This document shows, piece by piece, positions 42,330 through 51,047 of a DNA stretch of 64,000 bases. The stretch comes from Candidatus Tayloriibacteriota bacterium (lineage in GTDB: Bacteria; Patescibacteriota; Minisyncoccia; Phycocordibacterales; CAIZLB01), in assembly GCA_018883165.1 (NCBI GenBank), contig VEQN01000001.1, forward strand, positions 21,949 through 85,948, written 5' to 3'. Every line of letters begins with the position of its first letter. Position 1 is the first letter of the stretch. The translations under genes and the position numbers were made by a program. The notes beneath the pieces were generated by a model. That model was not told the DNA's origin and made no database searches. It saw only the letters and a list, made by a program, of their open reading frames with translations.

Positions 42330-42647
42330 TTACATATTAAGATCTGCAATCGCCTCGTCTACACTTTTTGTAGCTCCGAGTCCTGCATCTCGTGTACCAC
42401 CAACTGGTTCTTTAATTTGGATACTAATATTTGCCTGATGCTTTTTACCGAACGCTTTCATGATTGTTCGAATCGCTTGAGCAGTGTGTCCATTTCGTCC
42501 AATGATTTTACCCATATCAGCTGGGTCAACCACGAGCTCAATGAATACTCCCATGTCGTCCACCCGTCGACTTGTCTTTACTGCATCTGGGTTTTCAACT
42601 AACGCTTTTACAATATACTCAAGAAACTGTGTGTCTTGTTCGTGCAT
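42330..42647 (-). CDS. khpA: KH domain RNA-binding protein
   Basis: LEYIVKALVENPDAV, DMGKIIGRNGHTAQAIRT; adjacent to trmD. Confidence 0.9.
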   Translation of the reverse strand: MHEQDTQFLEYIVKALVENPDAVKTSRRVDDMGVFIELVVDPADMGKIIGRNGHTAQAIRTIMKAFGKKHQANISIQIKEPVGGTRDAGLGATKSVDEAIADLNM

Positions 42648-42768
42648 TTTATTCTGAAATATTACTTATACATTGACAGTATATCATGAATCACTTGATT
42701 ACATTACATACACATATGCACATGTATGCAATGTAATATGATACCTGTGTGAGAAAGATTCTCCCGTT

Positions 42769-43347
42769 TTAACACTTCTTTTCAATTCTTCTAACTTTCC
42801 AACCCGTATCCGCACCGTTGAGTCTATATATTGTCTTACTTGTACTATTAATATGGCTTACTAAACTGTTATGCAATATGTATACAATTGATTCAGGCGC
42901 AACCTGAGTGACATATACAACAGGAGCAGTACCTTTGTGTGGATTAGGTTGATCTGAAACAAACCTATACATACAAGATTGGTCGAATGGAGAATTATCA
43001 TTGAGTGGAACATTGACCCAGGCTGATGTGGCTGGTGCTGGAGATATGATTGTATTTCCACTAGTTGTTACACTAATCCAACTCGCTTTACCTTCAGCAT
43101 CTGACACGAGAAACTTTCCTGCTCCTTGTGTACCATCAATGAGTTGGAACCTTCCGAAGACAGCAAGACCACCTAATCCCAACTTACCACTCTTGTTCTG
43201 GTCACTCCCAGATACATTAAGTGGTGCAGGAGCATTATCCCTTGGAGGTCGAGGGGGTGCTGGATTCCATGCAAATGCCACGGATACAAAACCGAACAGT
43301 ACGATGACGGGTAATATATTTTTTGTAACAAAGATAATTTTTTTCAT
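42769..43347 (-). CDS. Secreted fibre/adhesin-like protein
   Basis: Signal peptide, W.PAPPRPP..NAPAPLNVS, DGTQGAGKFLVSDAEGKASW. Confidence 0.6.
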   Translation of the reverse strand: MKKIIFVTKNILPVIVLFGFVSVAFAWNPAPPRPPRDNAPAPLNVSGSDQNKSGKLGLGGLAVFGRFQLIDGTQGAGKFLVSDAEGKASWISVTTSGNTIISPAPATSAWVNVPLNDNSPFDQSCMYRFVSDQPNPHKGTAPVVYVTQVAPESIVYILHNSLVSHINSTSKTIYRLNGADTGWKVRRIEKKC

Positions 43348-43382
43348 TGTGTATGATTACACTAAAATAATAACATAGGGAA

Positions 43383-44945
43383 TTACCATCCACCAGCTTC
43401 ATTGTTTGCCCTTTTATCAACACCCGAACAAATTCTAGAATCAACTACTTCATACGGATCTTTACAATAATCACCTACGGCACCCGCACGAAGAACACAT
43501 CTCCAAGATGGAGTATACAAAGTGTTTCGGTTATCACTTACAGGCTCATACGCTGTGTCGAGTTCCCATTTACTTGCATGTGAACAATCTCCATACATTA
43601 AAAGCCCACACGGATTACCCCAATCAATCCATGATTTACCTTCTCGGGTAGTGTTCGGATCACATAGATTCGCACCCTTTTTAGGAACACATTCATAGTC
43701 TACTCGAGAGAACAGTCTTCCAAATACTGACTTTTCTTTTTTTTCATATTTGTCGTAACAAGTTATCTTACACTCAGCGTTACAATATCCCTTACCTGCA
43801 CCAGCATAACTACTCTTTTCACATTCTTCACCTGGCTCTATCTTATCGTTACCACAAACAGCCGCCTGCCCATTGTTATTATTTCCATCAGGATTCTCAC
43901 CCCCATCACCATTATTATCTTGCATCCAGATACCTCCAGCTCCTAGTACTTCGGCTACCCATTGAGCTCCATCGGCTACACAAGAAGCTTCATCAAAATA
44001 TACAGGGTTTGTACAAGAATATGTATACAATTGATTCTCACACTCCGCCTTTGTACCAGAGACACCATCACTACATCTACCTACTTCTACTGGCTTATTT
44101 TGAGATACTGTGCTTGTACTTACATTGTTACTTGCTGGAGTATTAGGCACACCCTTACACGCCGCTGTGTTTGTACAATCTGAATCTTTACAATCAACAA
44201 CACCATCTCGATCATTATCTAGCTTATCGATACATGTTGTTTGATCTTCTGATTTTGGACATTTTGCATATGCACTGAATTTCTTAATCAAACCAGCAAG
44301 CCTCTGGCTTTCTGCAGTCAGTACTCTCTTTTTAGTACCATTGAGATGATTTGCGTACAAAGATTCAAGTGCTTTGATCTGGGCTGAAAAAGCACTTACG
44401 GCCTTTTTGGCGTTAGTAAATGAATTTATCAACCCGTTCATACCATCCTCAGCTTTTTTAATTGCTGTTTTTATGGTTGCGATTTGTTTCTCAATCACAG
44501 CTCTTTGTGCTGGTGTCTTAGCTGCAGTTAACTTTTGAGTACTCTCCTGCAATGCTTTCTTTTGTTTAGTAATCTCAGCCTTAAACTTTGACACACCCGT
44601 ATTGTAGGCACTCTCAACCTTCTTTAGGTTCTCATTAGCCTTGATTAATTGTTTTTGTATGGCAGACACCTGTGTCTTATATTTCTCTATCTCTTGGGGT
44701 ATCTTTGATATTTGCACATCAACCTTATTTTTCTCTGTATTTAAAACTGAAAGTTGTCTATCTGAGTAACAAGTAGGTTCGTTTGAATAATCTAGCGCAG
44801 ACACTGCTGCTAATTGATTTACAGAATTAATATTTTTTGACTGGTATTCTATGGAACCCCACACAAATGCACCGAACGCAGTGGCTAATACCAAGCTAAA
44901 TAGAATATGAGACATCCCATGCTGCATAATCTTTAATCGTGACAT
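43383..44945 (-). CDS. Membrane-anchored surface protein: coiled-coil stalk plus Cys-rich modules
   Basis: N-terminal TM, K/A-rich coiled coil, CIDKLDNDRDGVVDCKDSDC, CGNDKIEPGEEC. Confidence 0.75.
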   Translation of the reverse strand: MSRLKIMQHGMSHILFSLVLATAFGAFVWGSIEYQSKNINSVNQLAAVSALDYSNEPTCYSDRQLSVLNTEKNKVDVQISKIPQEIEKYKTQVSAIQKQLIKANENLKKVESAYNTGVSKFKAEITKQKKALQESTQKLTAAKTPAQRAVIEKQIATIKTAIKKAEDGMNGLINSFTNAKKAVSAFSAQIKALESLYANHLNGTKKRVLTAESQRLAGLIKKFSAYAKCPKSEDQTTCIDKLDNDRDGVVDCKDSDCTNTAACKGVPNTPASNNVSTSTVSQNKPVEVGRCSDGVSGTKAECENQLYTYSCTNPVYFDEASCVADGAQWVAEVLGAGGIWMQDNNGDGGENPDGNNNNGQAAVCGNDKIEPGEECEKSSYAGAGKGYCNAECKITCYDKYEKKEKSVFGRLFSRVDYECVPKKGANLCDPNTTREGKSWIDWGNPCGLLMYGDCSHASKWELDTAYEPVSDNRNTLYTPSWRCVLRAGAVGDYCKDPYEVVDSRICSGVDKRANNEAGGW

Positions 44946-45085
44946 GATAATACGTGTTATATATAAAAAGTATTAATACATATTAATCTAAGTATTTAAT
45001 ACACTTCACGTATAATTATATCAATGATATAGACCGAAAGATACACACCTACCAACAGCTTAAACCATAACAAAGGATATTTTTG

Positions 45086-45158
45086 TGCCGAGGGCCGGGC
45101 TCGAACCGGCGACCCCTTCCTCTTCAGGGAAATGCTCTACCAACTGAGCTACCTCGGC
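45086..45158 (-). tRNA. tRNA-Phe(GAA), CCA not encoded
   Basis: GCCGAGG/CCTCGGC acceptor, TTTCC-CT GAA GA-GGAAG, GCCGG-TTCGAGC-CCGGC. Confidence 0.96.
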
Positions 45159-45202
45159 AGGACCACTACTGTATCAATAAAATGGGTGAAAAATCAACTA
45201 GA

Positions 45203-45499
45203 CTAAAAATTCTTTAGCAGGTTCAATAATTGAGACGTATTTACACCCTCTAAATCTTTTGCAGGTGATGCCGCCTCTCCACCAAACGTACTGTAGAACT
45301 TCAACATCGTCTCAAGATACGGCTGAATGTAGTACAACGAACCAATCGTTAGCGCAACAATCACACCCCATTTGATAAATACAAAATATGAAGCAACTTG
45401 TGCTCTTCGGTATAGAGATTTAATCATTCTCTGATTTTCAGTAACCAGTTCGGATAATTCCTCTACCTTATGTTGTAATTCATCAATCTTTTGTTCCAT
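45203..45499 (-). CDS. Hypothetical single-TM protein
   Basis: Short coiled coil plus TM segment. Confidence 0.7.
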   Translation of the reverse strand: MEQKIDELQHKVEELSELVTENQRMIKSLYRRAQVASYFVFIKWGVIVALTIGSLYYIQPYLETMLKFYSTFGGEAASPAKDLEGVNTSQLLNLLKNF

Positions 45500-45541
45500 A
45501 ACAAGGGGCTTTGCTACTGTAGCATATACATGAATAATTTT

Positions 45542-46465
45542 CTAGGCAGTTTTTCTCCATCGAGACACGATTCCACATGGCAATATTCGCTGTGGTACAC
45601 CAGGCCTCTTCTCCTCCTCAACACCTAATTCACCACTTGAAAGTTCACCACCATATTTCTGTACCAACACTTGCATATTGTTGTCATATGCAACTGGAGA
45701 ATACCCAGCCGCATATCCGTTTAAAATTACAAACAACGGATTATCTGACAAAAGTTTGAGAACATCCTCAAAGAACGGGAGGAAACTTTCTTCAATTCGC
45801 CACACTTCCCCTTTTGCGCCACGACCAAATGCTGGCGGGTCCATAATGATCGCATCATATGTGTTCCCTCTTCTTATTTCTCTTTTTACAAACCCATACG
45901 CATCATCCAAGATCCATCGAACTGGTAAATCTTTAACTCCCGTTGATTCTGCATTTAGATTAGCCCATGTAAGTGCTGACTTTGATGCATCAACATGTGT
46001 CACTTCAGCACCTGCTTTAAGCATTGCAACTGTTGCACCTCCGGTATAACCGAAAAGGTTTAAGACCTTAATTTTTCTTTGTGGGTTCTTTTTTAATTCA
46101 TCTACAACAATATCTGTTGACCATTTCCAATTCACGAATTGCTCTGGAAATATACCAGTATGTTTAAACGGTGTCGGTTTAATATTAAATATTAAATCTG
46201 CAAAAGATATCTTCCACCCATCTTCGATTCCTTTTCTAGTGTATACCCAAGTACCCCTTTCTTCATCTCTGTTTGTCCGATCTCGAACAAATGACGCATC
46301 GGCGCTACCCCATTCTTTTTCAGAAAGTCTTTTTCTCCACAATGCTTGTGGATCTGGTCGAGACAATGTCACAGAACCGTATCGCTCGAGTTTCATTCCA
46401 TCTCCACTATCAAGGAGCGCATATTCTTTTTGTGCAGGAGTTTTAAAGATATTAAGATCTGACAT
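45542..46465 (-). CDS. Class I SAM-dependent methyltransferase (RlmI/RlmK-like)
   Basis: LLDSGDGMKLERYG, HTGIFPEQ, VLNLFGYTGG, MDPPAFG; start moved to ATG 46465. Confidence 0.9.
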   Translation of the reverse strand: MSDLNIFKTPAQKEYALLDSGDGMKLERYGSVTLSRPDPQALWRKRLSEKEWGSADASFVRDRTNRDEERGTWVYTRKGIEDGWKISFADLIFNIKPTPFKHTGIFPEQFVNWKWSTDIVVDELKKNPQRKIKVLNLFGYTGGATVAMLKAGAEVTHVDASKSALTWANLNAESTGVKDLPVRWILDDAYGFVKREIRRGNTYDAIIMDPPAFGRGAKGEVWRIEESFLPFFEDVLKLLSDNPLFVILNGYAAGYSPVAYDNNMQVLVQKYGGELSSGELGVEEEKRPGVPQRILPCGIVSRWRKTA

Positions 46466-46488
46466 GTTCGTAGTATACACTGTTTTTG

Positions 46489-46560
46489 TGCCGTCAGCAG
46501 GAATCGAACCTACATCTATCCCTTAGGACGGGACTGTTCTATCCATTGAACTATGACGGC
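46489..46560 (-). tRNA. tRNA-Arg(CCT), CCA not encoded
   Basis: GCCGTCA/TGACGGC acceptor, GTCCC-GT CCT AA-GGGAT, GTAGG-TTCGATT-CCTGC. Confidence 0.94.
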
Positions 46561-46592
46561 AAAGCGCATGATATTACTCATGCGCGTTTGAC

Positions 46593-47054
46593 TTACTTAG
46601 CCTCAGGTGTTTGAGGTTGTGGTCTTAGACTTCGAAGTGCATCAAGGACCTCAACATCAAATGTGAGTTGAGCATCTGGCGGAATGATATATCCACCCTT
46701 TCCATCTGGAACACCCTGGCTTCCATATGCTTTGTCACCTGGAATCACAAGTGTTTTCTTTTCACCAATCTTCATACCAACTACACCTTCATCCCAACCT
46801 CGAATCACCATACCTGCCCCGAGGACAAACTGGAATGGTTTGTTTCGAGCCGGCTGACCATTTACTGATTGGTTTGAACTATCGAAGATAGTTCCATCTG
46901 ATAATTTACCTGTGTAGTGCACAAATACTACATCTCCGTTCTGTACTGTTCCGTGAAGTTCATTCATAAGTGTTGGTGATACAAAAAAGTATGTACCGAA
47001 AGCACCCACAAGGAATGCAATCGCCACAGCCATCATGTTAGTTTTATTAATCAT
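46593..47054 (-). CDS. FKBP-type peptidyl-prolyl isomerase with N-terminal anchor
   Basis: VHYTGKL.DG..FDSS, VIRGWDEG, AYG, IPP...L.FDVE. Confidence 0.95.
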   Translation of the reverse strand: MINKTNMMAVAIAFLVGAFGTYFFVSPTLMNELHGTVQNGDVVFVHYTGKLSDGTIFDSSNQSVNGQPARNKPFQFVLGAGMVIRGWDEGVVGMKIGEKKTLVIPGDKAYGSQGVPDGKGGYIIPPDAQLTFDVEVLDALRSLRPQPQTPEAK

Positions 47055-47085
47055 TAAATTAAATATCTAAAGAGCTAATAAAGAT

Positions 47086-47340
47086 TTACTGCTGAGCAGG
47101 TGCTGCTGGTGTAATACCTACAACTTTTGAAAGTAGAGCTTCATTGTATCCAACAATGATCTGACCATCAATTTCAAAGACAGGTACTCCGAGTTGTCCG
47201 CTCTTTTCAACCATCTCTTCCCGCTCTTTTGGATCAGCGGCTACATTTACATCTGTAAATGCAATATTATGGCTTGTAAGGAATTCCTTCGCCATCTTGC
47301 AGTAACCACAAGCTGGCGTGCTATATATCTTTATTGTCAT
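47086..47340 (-). CDS. Glutaredoxin-like protein (YruB/NrdH type)
   Basis: YSTPACGYC, SGQLGVP. Confidence 0.92.
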   Translation of the reverse strand: MTIKIYSTPACGYCKMAKEFLTSHNIAFTDVNVAADPKEREEMVEKSGQLGVPVFEIDGQIIVGYNEALLSKVVGITPAAPAQQ

Positions 47341-47387
47341 AGTAGGTGCATTATACCCTCTTTGAGAGGCTCGTACAACCTTACATT

Positions 47388-47768
47388 TTATCGGAACACA
47401 TTCACTACAGAATCAAAGAATTTCTTTATAACCCCTCTCTTATCTTCTTCAATTATCGGTATTTCCTTGTCTACAATGACCACAACACCTTCTCCGTCCT
47501 TTACCACATCAAACTTGTGACGTATCTCATGTTCAACACCCGCAGGAGTCCGTAACATTTCATTATGATTCTCGATATTTGAGAGTCTTTTCTGTAGCTC
47601 TTCTTTTTGCTTTAAGATACGTTCCATCTCAGCTCTGCTGTCTTTTTCTTTTATATATACCCCATACGCCCCACGAGAAACGATGACTAACAAAAAAAGT
47701 AATATGAACAATGTACTTTTAGAGTACATTCTTTTTTTAACTGTGTTTTTCTCTTGAAATTCTCGCAT
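47388..47768 (-). CDS. Septum formation initiator (FtsB/DivIC family)
   Basis: TM, coiled coil, EHEIRHKFDVVKDGE. Confidence 0.75.
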   Translation of the reverse strand: MREFQEKNTVKKRMYSKSTLFILLFLLVIVSRGAYGVYIKEKDSRAEMERILKQKEELQKRLSNIENHNEMLRTPAGVEHEIRHKFDVVKDGEGVVVIVDKEIPIIEEDKRGVIKKFFDSVVNVFR

Positions 47769-47924
47769 ATGTATATTCTTGCATACAGTATACCATTTGG
47801 TACTATGTATGCATGTTATTCGATCAAAGAAACCAGAAATACATTAAGTGGATTTGGAATGCTCTAGCGATTCTCATTGCGCTTTCAATGATTCTCCTCT
47901 ATATCCCTGCATTGTTTCAGTAAT

Positions 47925-49400
47925 CTATATTGAAACAGTCTTTGTAATACCAACCTTCTCCACGAATTTTTTGTCGTGGCTCACCAATATCACAGTTCCT
48001 GAGAATTCTAGAATTGCCTGTTCAAGCGCCTCTACCGCTTCTATATCAAGATGGTTTGTCGGCTCATCAAGAACGATACAATTCGGCTTCATGAGATACA
48101 TGAGTGCAAGTTGAAATCTTGAACGTTCACCTGAACTTAGATCTGTCACATGCTTTTTTGCATCTGCATCATCAAATCCAAATCTTTTAAGTGTCATACG
48201 GAAGTTTCCCTCGCTCTCATTGTCACGTACAACATCAAATACACTACAAATTACATCAATGATATCTTTGTGATTGCCAAAGCTTTCTAACACCTTCTCT
48301 TGTGGTAGATACCCAATATGCATGTTACTACCCAACACAACCTTACCTTTGATTGGTTTGATCTCACCTAATATTGCTTTTACAATTGTTGATTTACCAG
48401 AACCATTCTTTCCTTGTATGTGTACTTTTTGACCATACGAAATATCAATATTAAATGGACCAATGCTTTGTGTTGAATCATATGCAAAATATGCATCTTC
48501 TATCATGCACACCTTTTCACCTGATCTTTGAGTAACTTCAAACGTTAATCGGATTGGAAGTTTTACCACTGGCTTTTCAACACTTCTCTCTTCAATCTGC
48601 CGACCCAGTCTGTCACGTACCACTTTTGCACGAGTACCCATTCTCCCTTCTTTGTCTCTAAGGTACGCAGCTGCCGGTTTTTCTTTCTCACCAGGATCAA
48701 GCTTTCTGTTGTTTGCCCGTGTTCGTTCGATTTTTCTCTGCCACTCCTCTTTTCGATGAACATCTTTTTGTAGACGCTTTACTTCTTCCTGTTGCAGTTC
48801 ATAGTCTTTCCACTGATCTTCAATTTCTTTTTTCTTAATTTCTCGATATTCAGAATATGTACAGGTATACACCTTTACCGTTCGGGTATATTCATCAATT
48901 TCATATATCTTGTTTGATACCGCATCAAGAAATGTACGATCATGCGATACCACTACAAGTGCGGACTTTTTCGGTAGAGACGATATCTCATCTTGAAGCC
49001 AAGAAAGTCCATCAGCATCCAGATTGTTTGTCGGCTCATCAAATACATACAATGTGCGGTGTACATCTACACCACTATCCTTCTGTGCAAATATTTCAGA
49101 AAGTATTCTTTTTGTTTTTTCACCACCTGAAAGGTTGCCCACTTCTTCACCTGGAATCTGAGGTACATACTGTATGTTCAAATCATCACTCATATCCACT
49201 GATCCGGAGATGAGTTCAAGTTCATCATTTTTTTGTGCAATATATTTCAGTAAACTAGACTTTCCTGCTCCGTTTGCACCCACGAGTGCAATCCGATCCC
49301 CTGACATGATATTAAATTCAATATGTGACAACACATCAAAAACTCCATAGCGAAATGAGGCATCTTTGAAGTGTACGAGCATGTTGTCTTTCTTGGACAT
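47925..49400 (-). CDS. ABC-F family ATPase (ribosome-protection-like architecture)
   Basis: Two NBDs (GANGAGKS, GKNGSGKS; DEPTN x2; SHD x2), no TM; start moved to ATG 49400. Confidence 0.88.
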   Translation of the reverse strand: MSKKDNMLVHFKDASFRYGVFDVLSHIEFNIMSGDRIALVGANGAGKSSLLKYIAQKNDELELISGSVDMSDDLNIQYVPQIPGEEVGNLSGGEKTKRILSEIFAQKDSGVDVHRTLYVFDEPTNNLDADGLSWLQDEISSLPKKSALVVVSHDRTFLDAVSNKIYEIDEYTRTVKVYTCTYSEYREIKKKEIEDQWKDYELQQEEVKRLQKDVHRKEEWQRKIERTRANNRKLDPGEKEKPAAAYLRDKEGRMGTRAKVVRDRLGRQIEERSVEKPVVKLPIRLTFEVTQRSGEKVCMIEDAYFAYDSTQSIGPFNIDISYGQKVHIQGKNGSGKSTIVKAILGEIKPIKGKVVLGSNMHIGYLPQEKVLESFGNHKDIIDVICSVFDVVRDNESEGNFRMTLKRFGFDDADAKKHVTDLSSGERSRFQLALMYLMKPNCIVLDEPTNHLDIEAVEALEQAILEFSGTVILVSHDKKFVEKVGITKTVSI

Positions 49401-49581
49401 ATGCATAAGTATACACGATGTTGACATACCAGAAACTTACTGTACTATTTTGCAGAAAAAAGCTCTTTACATATTCAAGGTGAAATATCTGTGCATCTAC
49501 TAGGTGTGTGGGTGTTTCACCTTGAAGCATACCGTAGTCTTGGTCTGTTAAATGTGAAAGAAAACCAAACACGTTCTACCC

Positions 49582-50979
49582 ATGACACACCCATCCCTAC
49601 CACCCAAACCACATCCACAACTCTTCCGTTCAGGATTCCTCTCCGCTTGGTTCCAGACACCACCCGGAACAAGCAGCGAGATGTTTACCCATAAGCCGTC
49701 GCGGGCATCTCTTACTGCTGCGCGCTGGCACATCGAATATGCAAAAAAGCACGGTATCCAGACCATTGAATTGGCTGGGGCTCATACCAAACGCACCGCA
49801 AATGTCAATCCGGAAAAACTCGCAGACCCGGTTGCAGCACACTGCGACATGGAGACCACCAGCGACGGAGAAGGCACAGACATGAGCGACGACTTCATCA
49901 AGCGGCTGAAAGATGCCGCTGATGGCAAAGTCACTATCGGCACACTCGGAACATTCGAAAATGCTCTGCATCTCGACCTCGGTGCCCGACGCCAAAACAT
50001 CATGCACTTCCGGCGCGCAATTCGAGCTGTGGCGCGGATGAAAGCACTCGGTCTCGGAACTGAAGGGGTCACGATCTTTGTTGGCCGAGACGTCACAAAA
50101 TCAGTGGCAGAGAACCTGCGGCTGTTCGCCAAGGTCCTCATTCCTATCGCACTGTATGCAAAAAGCCTGGGCGTCAAGATCTTCATCGAGAACTGCCCGA
50201 TGTGCGGATGGAGTGAGACCCACGAGGTCTTCATCCAAAACATCGCGAATAACGTGGAGCACTGGATCGTCATGGCGCGCACCATCGAAGAAGCTGGCCT
50301 GAAAGGCTGGGTCTTCATCAACTATGATGCAAGTCACGACATCCTCCAGTTTACTCGCCCAGAGTGGGTGTTCCAAATCCTTAAGCGTGCGGGCTACGCT
50401 TGGATCATTGGCCGATTCCACGGCAAAGACTTGTCGCGAATGTCTGGTTACACAGCAGCGGCGACTTCTCTTGGCTCACGAATCCGTGGACCCTGGGAAA
50501 AGATGTCTGGTGATCAACCCCTACCGGGCGCGACACACCACAACCCCCTCGCCATTGCAAATGGTCAACAAGTGGACTGGTTTGGATTCTGTGTCCATGC
50601 AATCACAAGCCTTGGCTGTGCATCAGACCCAAACAACCTGATGACATTCACCACCGAATGTGAGCACGGCGCACTCCGATACTGGAAAAACTTCCTCGTG
50701 CCCGGAACCACAGACAAGTGGGACCAAGAACGACACGCGGAAGTCGCAGGTGCGGTTCTTGCCTCATCTATCCAATACATCCAGCATCAAGGATGTGCTG
50801 CGCTCCAACACACCTACATGCGAGATGTTCTTGCCCAAGTCCCCGGGTCAATCTGGTCATATCAACCACTCGACCCAAACAACTTGGAACTCCTACCTGG
50901 GGTTGATGACTGCATCAGTCGTGCGAAAGAATTCGAAATTGGTCCAATCAACATGACCGAAGAGGTCGTCATTGAATAA
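49582..50979 (+). CDS. Sugar phosphate isomerase/epimerase (xylose isomerase-like TIM barrel), divergent
   Basis: IFIENCPM.GW, NYDASH, FHGKD, VDW, E.E metal-ligand pattern. Confidence 0.75.
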   Translation: MTHPSLPPKPHPQLFRSGFLSAWFQTPPGTSSEMFTHKPSRASLTAARWHIEYAKKHGIQTIELAGAHTKRTANVNPEKLADPVAAHCDMETTSDGEGTDMSDDFIKRLKDAADGKVTIGTLGTFENALHLDLGARRQNIMHFRRAIRAVARMKALGLGTEGVTIFVGRDVTKSVAENLRLFAKVLIPIALYAKSLGVKIFIENCPMCGWSETHEVFIQNIANNVEHWIVMARTIEEAGLKGWVFINYDASHDILQFTRPEWVFQILKRAGYAWIIGRFHGKDLSRMSGYTAAATSLGSRIRGPWEKMSGDQPLPGATHHNPLAIANGQQVDWFGFCVHAITSLGCASDPNNLMTFTTECEHGALRYWKNFLVPGTTDKWDQERHAEVAGAVLASSIQYIQHQGCAALQHTYMRDVLAQVPGSIWSYQPLDPNNLELLPGVDDCISRAKEFEIGPINMTEEVVIE

Positions 50980-51000
50980 GGCCAAGCCCTGACTACGGAG

Positions 51001-51040
51001 AACACCCACAGCCTTTGCAAGCTGTGGGTGTTTTTTCTTT
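51001..51040. terminator. Terminator between convergent genes
   Basis: AACACCCACAGC-loop-GCTGTGGGTGTT-TTTT. Confidence 0.88.
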
Positions 51041-51047
51041 TCTCACT

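Noticed and set aside
45026-45045. ATAGACCGAAA match to the repeated 67-nt element near tRNA-Phe
   Set aside because: Only 11 nt match and CAGCAGTCAT is absent; probably chance
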